From assembly GCA_963834385.1 (NCBI GenBank), contig CAWIBO010000002.1, forward strand, positions 192,001 to 256,000: a stretch of DNA of 64,000 nt. The letters are read 5' to 3'. This document shows positions 23,775 through 32,821 of the stretch, piece by piece. A model generated the notes under the pieces. The model saw only the letters and a list, made by a program, of their open reading frames with translations. It was not told the origin of the DNA and made no database searches. Position 1 is the stretch's first letter, and each line of letters starts with the position of its first letter. The DNA comes from an uncultured Verrucomicrobiae bacterium. Its GTDB lineage: Bacteria; Verrucomicrobiota; Verrucomicrobiia; Chthoniobacterales; UBA10450. Made by a program: the position numbers and the translations under genes.

Positions 23775-24615
23775 GTGCACCGCCTGCTTTACGTCGCCAG
23801 CCTGCCGCACTCCGGGTCCACTCTTTTTACCCTGCTCATGGGGCACCACCCGCAGATGATCGGTCTGGGGGGAATCGACCGGGGTGTTCGCATGATCATG
23901 TCCTCCCCGGAGGAAACGCTCGAGCGCGGCTGCACCTGTGGCCTGACGGCGCGCGACTGTCCGTATTGGGGAGCCGTGGCCGGGCGTCTGCAGGCGCGGT
24001 CCCCCGCCTCACTCGTGGAACGATATCAGGTCGCCCTGGACGTTTTCGCTGAGATCTTTCGGCGAGGATGCCTGGGCGGTCGACGCCGGACAGATCAAGG
24101 AGCCGCTCTACACCCTCGCCGGCCAGAAATGGCTTGATCTGCGGGTCCTGCACCTCGCGCGGGATGTGCGGTCGGCCGTGATTTCGGAAATCGATTCCCG
24201 ACGGCGCAAAGGGGGACGGTCGCAGCCGGCGCTTGTCACGGCGCTGGTTACCGCGCTGCGCTGGTGGCGGGAGAACGAAAAGCTCGAGGCCTGCCTGCAC
24301 GAAACACGGCTGCGACGCAAGGCGCTTGGCTATGAGGAACTCTGCCTTGGCTTCGACCAGGCTTTCGCCGCCGTTTGTGAATTGCTCGGCCTCGATCCGG
24401 TGACCCTTACAGCCGAGGTGCCCCGCGCCAAGAGTCACATGTTCATCGGCAACCGCATGCGCATGCAGGAGGAAAAAGGAACACTGCGTTACGACGGACG
24501 CTGGCTCACCCGCAGGGAATGGATGGCGCCCGCGGTTTTTCTCCCCTTTGTTCTCTCCCGCAACCGCGCCTGGGTCTACTCAAACAACATCTTCGGCGTC
24601 TTCACGCGGAAGTAG
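23775..24615 (+). CDS. Sulfotransferase family protein (frameshift near 24060)
   Basis: LPHSGSTL 5'-PSB loop, HLARDVR 3'-PB-like motif, YEELC, HMFIGNRMR. Confidence 0.75.
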
Positions 24616-24617
24616 GC

Positions 24618-24848
24618 TCAGCGCAGCCCGGCGCCGGTCAGGACGAAGTAGCCGGCGACGAGCCCGCCGAGGATGACGGCGGCCAGGAAAAGAAAGGCCA
24701 GCGCGCGCCATGTCTGTCGACGCTTTTTCTCTCTCTCCCAGCTCATGCGTTCGGTGGCGAGTTGAAGCTCCAGGACACGGACCATCTGTTCGGGCGCCAG
24801 GCCGGCGCCCAATAAATCTGGACCGTTTCCGTTCCTCTCTTTATGCAC
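24618..24848 (-). CDS. Small single-pass membrane protein
   Basis: 76 aa ORF filling the gap between flanking genes; basic patch followed by a C-terminal hydrophobic helix. Confidence 0.6.
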   Translation of the reverse strand: MHKERNGNGPDLLGAGLAPEQMVRVLELQLATERMSWEREKKRRQTWRALAFLFLAAVILGGLVAGYFVLTGAGLR

Positions 24849-24853
24849 GGGAG

Positions 24854-25546
24854 ATGCAAGCTGCAGATCGCGTGCCCGCGGGCCGCCCCCTTCTCGCCCA
24901 TGTCGCTCCCATGGCGGTTTTTCTCGGGCTGCTCGCCCTCATGGGTCTGATCAAACAGGAGGGCGCCGCCTTCTGGCGGGCCGCCCCGGAATACTGGATC
25001 TACCCGCTCCAGACCGTGCTCTGCGCGGGTCTCCTGGTGTGGTTCTGGCGCGCCTACGACTTTGGCCGGCTCCGGTTCGTCCTGCCGGTGATCCTGGTGG
25101 GCGCGGCTGTTTTCTTTCTCTGGATTGCGCCGCAGGCTTTTCTTGGCTTCGAGGGACGATGGAGCGGTTTCAATCCGGACCTGTTCGCCGAAAGCCCGGC
25201 TCTTTATTGGAGCACCCTCTTTTTCCGGTTTGCCCGGCTTGTCGTCGTGGTCCCGCTGGTGGAGGAAATCTTCTGGCGCGGATTCCTTCTCCGCTACCTC
25301 GTCCGGGAGGATTTCACCGCGGTCCCGTTTGGCACTTTCTCGTGGTTTTCCTTTGTCGCGGTGACGCTGGCCTTCGGGTTCACCCACAGCCCGGGCGATT
25401 GGGTGGCCGCGCTCCTTTGCGGGATGATTTACAATGGAGTGGCCTACTGGACCAAAAGCCTGTCCAGCTGCGTGCTCGTCCACGCCGTGACCAACCTGCT
25501 TCTGGGGATCTGGATCATGCGAACGGGGCAGTGGGGTTTCTGGTAG
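24854..25546 (+). CDS. CAAX prenyl protease-related (CPBP/Abi family) membrane protease
   Basis: EEIFWRGFL, FGFTH and HAVTN motifs. Confidence 0.9.
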   Translation: MQAADRVPAGRPLLAHVAPMAVFLGLLALMGLIKQEGAAFWRAAPEYWIYPLQTVLCAGLLVWFWRAYDFGRLRFVLPVILVGAAVFFLWIAPQAFLGFEGRWSGFNPDLFAESPALYWSTLFFRFARLVVVVPLVEEIFWRGFLLRYLVREDFTAVPFGTFSWFSFVAVTLAFGFTHSPGDWVAALLCGMIYNGVAYWTKSLSSCVLVHAVTNLLLGIWIMRTGQWGFW

Positions 25547-25576
25547 GATGGCATCCAGTGTGCTCCTGAGAGGAGC

Positions 25577-25738
25577 ATGGTCGCCACCTTTCCCCAAAAA
25601 GTCATTATTTGCCTGGTGGCCGCGTTCTTTGCCGCCTGCCTCGTGGAATGGGGCCGGGTTTTTGTCGAGGGCGCGGATGACGCCTTGAATGGCGAATACC
25701 GGGTCCGGGCCGAAGCCGCGCGCGGCGGGCGCCGCTGA
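25577..25738 (+). CDS. Small membrane protein (53 aa, below ORF-track cutoff)
   Basis: GAGAGGAG immediately upstream of ATG 25577; MVATFPQKVIICLVAAFFAACLVEWGRVFVEG...; fills the gap before nadE. Confidence 0.5.
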   Translation: MVATFPQKVIICLVAAFFAACLVEWGRVFVEGADDALNGEYRVRAEAARGGRR

Positions 25739-25786
25739 CGGACCGACTTGCCCCGTGCCGCAGGGGCCTTAACCTGCTCGCGCGGC

Positions 25787-27415
25787 ATGAAGATCGGTTT
25801 TGCTCAGATCAACAGCATTGTCGGTGATCTGCGCGGCAACACCGCCCGCATCCTCGAAGCCTATCGGCGGCTCGAGGCGCAGGGCGCCGACCTTGTCCTC
25901 ACCCCCGAGCTCTCCATTCCCGGATACCCTCCCCAGGATCTCGTCTTCAAGGCCCGCTTTGTCCCGCAGAACCTCGAGGCGCTGACGCAGCTCCAGGCCG
26001 GGCTCGGCCGGGCGGCCCTGCTGGTGGGTTTTGTGGAACCGAACCAGGAACGGGGCAAACCGTTTCACAACGCCGCCGCCCTGCTGCGGGCCGGGCAGCC
26101 GCCGTGGAAGACTTTCAAGTCGCTCCTGCCGACCTACGACGTTTTCGATGAAGACCGTTACTTCGAGCCGGCACGCCGGGTTGAACCGGTTGAGATCGGC
26201 GGCCGGAAGATCGGCGTGACCATCTGCGAGGACATCTGGACCGAGCATTATCTGCCCCGCCCGCTTTACGATCTCGAGCCGGTCCACCGGCTGGTGGAGC
26301 GCGGGGCGGAGCTGGTGGTGAACCTGAGCGCCTCGCCCTTTCACCTGCACAAACCGGCCATCCGCCACGAGATGGTGGGCGGCCTCGCGCGCGAGCTGCG
26401 GCGGCCGATCTTTTACTGCAACGCCGTCGGCGGGAACGACGAGTTGATCTTTGACGGCAATTCCATCGCCATGGATGCGGGCGGCGGATTGCTGGCGCGG
26501 CTGCCTGGGTTCGCCGAGGGGGAGATGGTGGTGGACTCGGAGTCCCGGGAAGCCGTGGCCTTTGTGGAAGACCCGGAGCCGGCGCAATTGTTTGCCGCCC
26601 TGCGGCTCGGCCTGGGTGATTATCTGTCGAAGTGCGGTTTCCGGTCCGCCGTGCTTGGCTTGAGCGGGGGGATCGACTCGGCTGTGGTGGCGGCGATTGC
26701 GGTCGCGGCTCTGGGCCCGGAAAATGTGGTGGGCGTGTCCATGCCGAGCCAGTATTCCTCGCGCGGCAGCGTCGAGGATGCGCTCGCCCTGGCGCGCAAT
26801 CTCGGCATCCGCTGCCACCAGATTCCGATCGCCGAAGCTTTTGATGCCTTCAAGGCTCAGTTCACGGAGATTTTTGCCGGTCATCCCGAGGACGCGACCG
26901 AGGAGAACATGCAGGCGCGGCTGCGCGGCATGATCCTGATGTCCCTCTCGAACAAGTTCGGGCACATTTTGCTGACCACGGGGAACAAGAGCGAACTGGC
27001 GGTCGGCTATTGCACGATTTATGGGGACATGGCGGGCGGTCTGGCGGTGATCAGCGACGTACCCAAAACCATGGTTTACGAGCTGGCGCGCTGGATCAAC
27101 CGGGAAAAGGAGCTGATTCCGCTTTCGACCCTGACCAAGCCGCCAAGCGCGGAATTGAAGCCGGACCAGAAGGACCAGGACACCCTGCCGCCGTATGAGG
27201 TGCTGGACGAGATCCTGCGCTGTTACGTCGAGGAAAACATGAGCGTGCGCGACATCACCGCGCGCGGCTTTGATGAATCGGTGGTGCGCTGGGTGCAGCG
27301 ACGGGTGGACCTCAACGAATATAAACGGGCGCAGGCCGCGCCGGGCCTGAAGGTGACGAGTCGCGCCTTTGGGCAGGGCCGCCGCATGCCGATCGCGCAG
27401 CGTTACGTGGAATAA
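25787..27415 (+). CDS. nadE: Glutamine-dependent NAD+ synthetase
   Basis: Nitrilase domain (TPEL, KSLLPTYDVFDE, ICEDIW) plus SGGIDS, ENMQARLRG, TGNKSE, PPSAEL. Confidence 0.96.
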   Translation: MKIGFAQINSIVGDLRGNTARILEAYRRLEAQGADLVLTPELSIPGYPPQDLVFKARFVPQNLEALTQLQAGLGRAALLVGFVEPNQERGKPFHNAAALLRAGQPPWKTFKSLLPTYDVFDEDRYFEPARRVEPVEIGGRKIGVTICEDIWTEHYLPRPLYDLEPVHRLVERGAELVVNLSASPFHLHKPAIRHEMVGGLARELRRPIFYCNAVGGNDELIFDGNSIAMDAGGGLLARLPGFAEGEMVVDSESREAVAFVEDPEPAQLFAALRLGLGDYLSKCGFRSAVLGLSGGIDSAVVAAIAVAALGPENVVGVSMPSQYSSRGSVEDALALARNLGIRCHQIPIAEAFDAFKAQFTEIFAGHPEDATEENMQARLRGMILMSLSNKFGHILLTTGNKSELAVGYCTIYGDMAGGLAVISDVPKTMVYELARWINREKELIPLSTLTKPPSAELKPDQKDQDTLPPYEVLDEILRCYVEENMSVRDITARGFDESVVRWVQRRVDLNEYKRAQAAPGLKVTSRAFGQGRRMPIAQRYVE

Positions 27416-27434
27416 CCGGCCCCCGGGACGGAAA

Positions 27435-27510
27435 TGGTGCACCGTGCTGGAATCGAACCAGCAACCCAGTGATTAAGAGTCACTTGCTCTGCCAATTGAG
27501 CTAACGGTGC
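27435..27510 (-). tRNA. tRNA-Lys (anticodon CTT)
   Basis: Reverse complement GCACCGTTAGCTCAATTGGCAGAGCAAGTGACTCTTAATCACTGGGTTGCTGGTTCGATTCCAGCACGGTGCACCA: 76 nt cloverleaf with TTCG T-loop and encoded CCA. Confidence 0.96.
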
Positions 27511-27590
27511 CTGCGGGCGCGACTTTGCAGCAGCGCGGGGCGTAAAGTTTATCGAGACGCGGCGATGTGCAATCCAAAATTCCACCCGGC

Positions 27591-30152
27591 ATGAAGCACC
27601 GGCTCAAGTTCCTCCGCTGGCATGTCCTGCGTTATGTGGGGCGCCATCCGCTCCTGGCTGCGCTCAATGTCGCCAGCATCGCCCTTGGCGTGGCGGTTTA
27701 CCTCGCCATCCAGATCGCCAACGAGAGCGCGGCGCGCGCGTTTGCCGCGGGGGTCGACCTGGTCGCGGGGCGGGCGCAGCTCCAGATCACCTCGCCCGTG
27801 CGCGGGGTGGACGAAACCGTTTTGCCCCGCCTGGCCGCGCTGCCGGAGATCTCCGCCGTCACCCCGCTCGTGCGCGGCTGGCTGGCGCTGCCGGATTATC
27901 CGGGGGAATATCTCCAGGTTCTCGGGATCGACATCTTCACGAACGAACCTTTCCGGACCTTCGAGGTCGCGGGCACGGACGAGTTTGATCCAGGCGAATG
28001 GCTGGGCCGGCCGGATGGAATTGCGGTGGCCGGCGCGTTTGCTCACCGCCATGCGCTCAAGCCGGGCGATTCTCTCCGCGTGCAGACCGGTGGGGCCACG
28101 CGTCTCCTCCGCATCGTCTCGATTTTGCGGGAACAGGGTGGCGTGCCCATCGACGGGCAGTTTGCCGCGATGGACATCGGGTGGGCGCAGGAGCTTTTCC
28201 GGCAACAGGGGCGGGTCAGCGCCATTCAACTGCGTCTGCGCGAGGAAGGCGGGCGCGACGAGGCGCAGGCGGCGATGGCCGCGCTTCTTCCTCCGGATGC
28301 CGTGGTCGCGGCCCCGTCGCAGCGGAGCGCGCAGATCGAGAAGCTGCTGGCCAGCTTCCGTCTCAATCTCACGGCCATGAGCATGGTTGCCCTCCTCGTG
28401 GGGATGTTCCTGATCTACAACACGGTGTCCGCTTCGGTCGTGCGACGCCGGCGGGAGATCGGCATCCTGCGGTCCCTTGGGCTGCACCGGGGTGGTATTC
28501 GCGCGCTCTTCCTGGCTGAGGCGGCGGTGGTCGGGTTGCTCGGGGTGGCGGCCGGTTTGGCCGGCGGAACGCTGCTCGCCGGTGGTCTCGTCGGGACCGT
28601 GGCCGAAACCATTTCGAGCCTTTATGTTCTGGTGCAGGTGCGCGAAGCGGTGGTCGCTCCGTCGCTCTATTTGGAGGCGGCGCTCCTTGGGTTGATCTCG
28701 ACGTTCGTGGCGGCCTGGTGGCCGGCGAGAAATGCGTCCCGGCTCGAACCGGTCGCGGCTCTCACGCCCGCCGGTCTTTTTCAGCGGGCCACGATGCCGG
28801 TGACGAAGGCGGCCATGACGGGGTTGGTCTTGCTGGGCCTGAGCGGGCTCTTTTCGGTCGTGGCCGTGGTGCGCGGCCCGGCGTGGCTCGGGTTTGGCGC
28901 AGCGTTTTTCCTCCTCGCCGGTGCCTCCTGCTTTGCCCCCGGCTTGGTGGCGGGGCTGGGCGCCGTGTTCCGGGTCTTCCTGGCGGGCGTCTCCTCCCGG
29001 CGCTCGCTCCTGCCGGGACTGGCGGCGATGCAGCTCGCCCGATCCCTCCCGCGCACTTCTGTAACGATTGCGGCGGTGGCGGCGGCGGTGGCGATGGCGG
29101 TTGGTCTGGGCACCATGGTCTTTTCCTTCCGCACCACCGTCCAATCCTGGCTGGAGCAAACGCTGGTAGCCGATCTCTTCGTCACCACGGCGGACAACGA
29201 GGCGACTGGGGGCGCCTCGTTCATCCCGCCCGAGGCGCTCGCTTTCGCCCGCGCCCTGCCGGGAGTGGAAGCGGTCGATACTTATCGCGAGGTGGAATTG
29301 CCATTTGGCGAGGGTTCCCTCGCGCTTGCGGTCATTCGGGGCCATCCCCGGCGTCGGTTCGATTTCGTTGGCGGCGATGGTCCGGCTCTGGCCCGGCGTT
29401 TCAGCTCCGAAGCGGTGGTGCTGATCTCGCAGAGCTTTGCCCGGCGACATCGGCTTGAGGCCGGGGATCGCCTGGAACTGCCGACGCCCGGGGGCTTGCA
29501 GGCCTTTGAGGTGGCCGGTGTCTTTCATGATTACACCCGCGATCGAGGTGTGGTTTTCATGCACGAGAAAACTTTTCAATCATTTTGGCAGGACGACCGG
29601 GTCAACAGCCTCGCGCTTTATCTTGAACCCGGGGCCTCGGCGGAAGAAGTGAGCGAGGCTCTGCGCACTTTCCCGCAATCGGCGGGGGGCTTCGCCATCT
29701 ACTCGAACCGCGCCCTGCGGGAGCGGGTCTTCGAGATTTTCGACCAGACTTTTGCCGTAACCAATGTCCTCAGGACCATTGCGATCGTGGTCGCCATCCT
29801 CGGCGTGTTTCTCACCCTGACGACACTGGTGATGGAGCGGACACGAGAACTGGGCGTCATCCGTTCGGTGGGCGCGTCGGCCGGGCAGCTTCGGGGTTTG
29901 GTGGCGTGGGAAGCCGGGCTGATCGGTTTGCTCTCATCCGTTCTGGGACTGGCAGGAGGACTTGGTCTCGCGCTGGTCCTCACGTTTGTGATCAACCCGG
30001 CCTTCTTCGGATGGACAATCCGTCTGGCCATCCCCTGGGACCTGCTGGCCTGGACCCCGGGGTGGATCGTGCTCTCGGCCCTGGCCGCGAGCTTTGTCCC
30101 CGGTCGGCGCGCGGCGGCCATCAACATCGCGGAGGCGGTCCGAACGGAATGA
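27591..30152 (+). CDS. ABC transporter permease, double MacB/FtsX domain (AttF/G-like)
   Basis: Two repeats of TM + periplasmic domain + 3 TM, with RRREIGILRSLG and ERTRELGVIRSVG motifs. Confidence 0.9.
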   Translation: MKHRLKFLRWHVLRYVGRHPLLAALNVASIALGVAVYLAIQIANESAARAFAAGVDLVAGRAQLQITSPVRGVDETVLPRLAALPEISAVTPLVRGWLALPDYPGEYLQVLGIDIFTNEPFRTFEVAGTDEFDPGEWLGRPDGIAVAGAFAHRHALKPGDSLRVQTGGATRLLRIVSILREQGGVPIDGQFAAMDIGWAQELFRQQGRVSAIQLRLREEGGRDEAQAAMAALLPPDAVVAAPSQRSAQIEKLLASFRLNLTAMSMVALLVGMFLIYNTVSASVVRRRREIGILRSLGLHRGGIRALFLAEAAVVGLLGVAAGLAGGTLLAGGLVGTVAETISSLYVLVQVREAVVAPSLYLEAALLGLISTFVAAWWPARNASRLEPVAALTPAGLFQRATMPVTKAAMTGLVLLGLSGLFSVVAVVRGPAWLGFGAAFFLLAGASCFAPGLVAGLGAVFRVFLAGVSSRRSLLPGLAAMQLARSLPRTSVTIAAVAAAVAMAVGLGTMVFSFRTTVQSWLEQTLVADLFVTTADNEATGGASFIPPEALAFARALPGVEAVDTYREVELPFGEGSLALAVIRGHPRRRFDFVGGDGPALARRFSSEAVVLISQSFARRHRLEAGDRLELPTPGGLQAFEVAGVFHDYTRDRGVVFMHEKTFQSFWQDDRVNSLALYLEPGASAEEVSEALRTFPQSAGGFAIYSNRALRERVFEIFDQTFAVTNVLRTIAIVVAILGVFLTLTTLVMERTRELGVIRSVGASAGQLRGLVAWEAGLIGLLSSVLGLAGGLGLALVLTFVINPAFFGWTIRLAIPWDLLAWTPGWIVLSALAASFVPGRRAAAINIAEAVRTE

Positions 30153-31253
30153 AGAAACAGGCATGTGCGGCTTGGCTGGTGCTCTTCGCGGTGACGCTCC
30201 AGAGCGCGGAGATCGAGCCATGGCAAAGTGCGAAGCCGGGCTGGAGCTACCGCTTTCCCCGGGACCACCGGTTCCATCCCGAGTTCAAGACGGAGTGGTG
30301 GTATTTTACCGGGAACCTGCGTGATGACAGCGGCCGGCGCCTTGGCTACGAACTGACGTTTTTCCGGGACGGAGTGATCCCGCGGGACCAACAAGGCAGG
30401 CACCAGTCGCGGTTTGTTGTCGCGGACCTGAAGTTTGCGCATCTCGCGATCACGGACGTGGCTGGTGACCGCTTCGTTTACACCCAAAAAACGAGCCGAG
30501 GCGCCTTCGGAGAGGCGGGTTTCGGCGAGAACGGCCGGGTGGCCTGGATCGAAAACTGGATGCTGGAGATGACCGCGGAGGGAAATTTTCGGCTCCGGGC
30601 GGCTGCGCCGGAGGGAAGCCTCGACCTCACGCTCCGTCCGTTAAAAGAGCCGGTGCTGCACGGCCGTGACGGCATCAGCGTCAAGGCGGCGGGAACCGGC
30701 AACGCCTCTCATTATTATTCCCTGACACGGCTGGCGACGGAGGGGGTCGTGCGCGTGGGCGATGCGGCCGGGCGTGCCGTGAAAGGCGAGAGCTGGTTTG
30801 ACCACGAGTGGGCCACCAACCAGCTCGGTCCAAACCAGATCGGCTGGGATTGGCTCTCGCTGCAGTTCGAGGACGGCACCGAGCTCATGCTTTACCAGAT
30901 GCGGCTGGCCGGCGGGGGGATTGATCCGGCGTCCCACGGGACCTTGGTCGATCGCGACGGCCGGACCCGCCCGCTGGAGCGTGGGGAGTATGGGATGGAA
31001 GCGGAAGAAATCTGGGTGAGCGACCGGACCAAGGCCCGCTATCCCGTGGGGTGGAAGGTGAGGGTCCCCGACCTCGGCCTGGAGCTGACGGTGCGGGCCG
31101 CTCCTGCAGGGGCAGGAGCTGGTCTTCGGGCCGCTCGCCTACTGGGAGGGTGCGGTGGAGGTGACAGGCCGAAGCCGTAGCGGCCCGGTGTCAGGCCACG
31201 GATACCTCGAACTCACGGGCTACGCCGGCCCCTTGCGCCAGCTGCGAAAATAA
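30149..31253 (+). CDS. AttH-like lipocalin-fold secreted protein (CrtC/AttH family; frameshift near 31100)
   Basis: FPRDH...[29 protein letters not shown]; the shifted tail reads YWEGAV...GYLELTGY then TAA at 31253. Confidence 0.88.
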
Positions 31254-31258
31254 GGGCC

Positions 31259-31433
31259 TTAAGCCTGGGTATGCCGGGCGGTACTGAACCTCGGCGCCCT
31301 TGGGCAGGAGGCGTTTGCGCCCGCGCTGACGCCGGCGGGCCAGGGTGGCCCGGCCGCCCTTGGTGCTCATCCGCGCGCGGAAACCGTGCTGGCGTTTGCG
31401 GGTGCGTTTGGAGGGCTGATAGGTGCGTTTCAT
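31259..31433 (-). CDS. rpmH: 50S ribosomal protein L34 (likely 1-nt insertion near 3' end)
   Basis: [42 protein letters not shown]; removing one C gives ...QYARHTQA* ending at 31259 with no overlap of the convergent gene. Confidence 0.93.
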
Positions 31434-31560
31434 AAGTGGAACCTCCCGGGCAGGCCGAAAGAGCGCCTAAGGTATGGGGCTCGGGCGCTTTGTCAACGGC
31501 GGGGGCAAAGCGGAGAAAGCGAATTGCCAGCCACCCGCGGCTGTGTGATAACGAGTCCGC

Positions 31561-32046
31561 ATGAACGACGTCTGCATCGAGCCGGCCACCGAGGCGGACC
31601 TGGATGAACTCTCCTCGCTCCTCGGTGAGCTTTTCTCGGAGGAAAGCGATTTTCGACCCGACAAGGAGCGGCAGTTGCGCGGGCTGCGGTTTATCTTTGA
31701 GCAGCCCAACCGCGGGCGAGTTTTTGTGCTGCGCCGGGACAAGGTCATTGTCGGAATGATGAATCTGCTATTTACCATCAGCACCGCCGAGGGGGGCTTT
31801 GTCATCCTCCTGGAGGACCTGGTGGTGCACCGGACCTATCGCGACCAGGGCTATGGGGGCATGCTTTTGAAGTATGCGATCGACTTCGCGAAACAGAAGG
31901 GATTCCTTCGCATCACGCTGCTCACCGATCGCCCCGAGATCCGGTCGCAGAATTTTTTCCGCCGGCACGGTTTCTACGAATCGCCCATGATGCCGATGCG
32001 CCTCCTGCTTTCGCCGGATGCGCCGCCGGGCGATCTCCCGGTCTGA
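31561..32046 (+). CDS. GNAT family N-acetyltransferase
   Basis: LEDLVVHRTYRDQGYG acetyl-CoA-binding motif A; FFRRHGF. Confidence 0.9.
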   Translation: MNDVCIEPATEADLDELSSLLGELFSEESDFRPDKERQLRGLRFIFEQPNRGRVFVLRRDKVIVGMMNLLFTISTAEGGFVILLEDLVVHRTYRDQGYGGMLLKYAIDFAKQKGFLRITLLTDRPEIRSQNFFRRHGFYESPMMPMRLLLSPDAPPGDLPV

Positions 32047-32089
32047 GGAAGAAAACGGCGCGACCGGAGCGTTTGGTGTAATCTGGGCC

Positions 32090-32821
32090 ATGGGCAGCGG
32101 CACCATTCGTCTTTTTCGGTTTGCCGGCGTGGAAGTCTTTCTGCACTTCAGCTGGTTCCTCGTGGCGGCGTATTGGGTCACGGTCCTGAGCCGGCGCTAC
32201 GAGCAGATCGGATGGGCCATTGCCGAGTATTGCGTCCTGTTTGTCGTGGTCCTGCTGCATGAGTTCGGACACGCCTTTGCCTGCCGGTCCACTGGCGGAC
32301 GGGCCGATCGCATTGTCCTTTGGCCGCTGGGAGGCATCGCCTACGTCCAGCCCCCGCCACGGCCAGGCGCGATCCTTTGGAGCACGGCGGCCGGTCCGCT
32401 CGTGAATGTTGCTCTTATCCCGGTGTTTGAGCTGCTCATTTTCCTTGCCTGGAACACCCAGTTGTTTCCCCTGTCGCAGGATGGGCTGACGTTTCTCACC
32501 ACCCTGCGCCTGATCAACTTCGGTCTTCTGATTTTCAATCTCCTGCCGATCTATCCGCTCGACGGCGGGCAAATGCTGCGGGCACTGCTGTGGTTTCCCT
32601 TCGGTCCGATCCGCAGTCTTCAGGTGGCCAGCGTGATCGGCTTCCTCGGCGCTTTCGCCATGGCCGGGCTGGCTTTCATGATGCGGTCCATCTGGTTCGG
32701 CATCCTTGCCTTTTTTGTCCTGAGCCGGGCGATCGCCGGGTGGCAGCAGGCGCAGGCGCTGCAGCGGGACCGGGAGGCGGCAAATGAAATGCCGATCGAG
32801 CCGATGCCGCCCCGGGCCTAG
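32090..32821 (+). CDS. Site-2 protease family (M50) membrane metalloprotease
   Basis: HEFGH, AAGPLVN, FNLLPIYPLDGG. Confidence 0.92.
   Translation: MGSGTIRLFRFAGVEVFLHFSWFLVAAYWVTVLSRRYEQIGWAIAEYCVLFVVVLLHEFGHAFACRSTGGRADRIVLWPLGGIAYVQPPPRPGAILWSTAAGPLVNVALIPVFELLIFLAWNTQLFPLSQDGLTFLTTLRLINFGLLIFNLLPIYPLDGGQMLRALLWFPFGPIRSLQVASVIGFLGAFAMAGLAFMMRSIWFGILAFFVLSRAIAGWQQAQALQRDREAANEMPIEPMPPRA

Noticed and set aside
27435..27510. tRNA-Lys as an integration site of a genomic island
   Set aside because: No integrase, no duplicated tRNA 3' end noticed and no compositional shift in the flanks.
25769..29579. Long antisense ORFs (25769-27442, 27549-29579; likewise 12395-14050, 17460-19172, 37238-39001, 49517-51022)
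   Set aside because: Shadow ORFs opposite well-supported genes, expected in high-GC DNA; no recognisable motifs.
30149..31253. Carotenoid 1,2-hydratase belonging to the carotenoid pathway
   Set aside because: It has a signal peptide, is coupled to an ABC permease and lies over 12 kb from the crt genes; the AttH-like assignment fits better.
31191..31433. 80-aa L34 as given in the ORF track
   Set aside because: It would overlap the repaired 3' end of the convergent attH-like gene; a one-base correction gives a clean stop at 31259.
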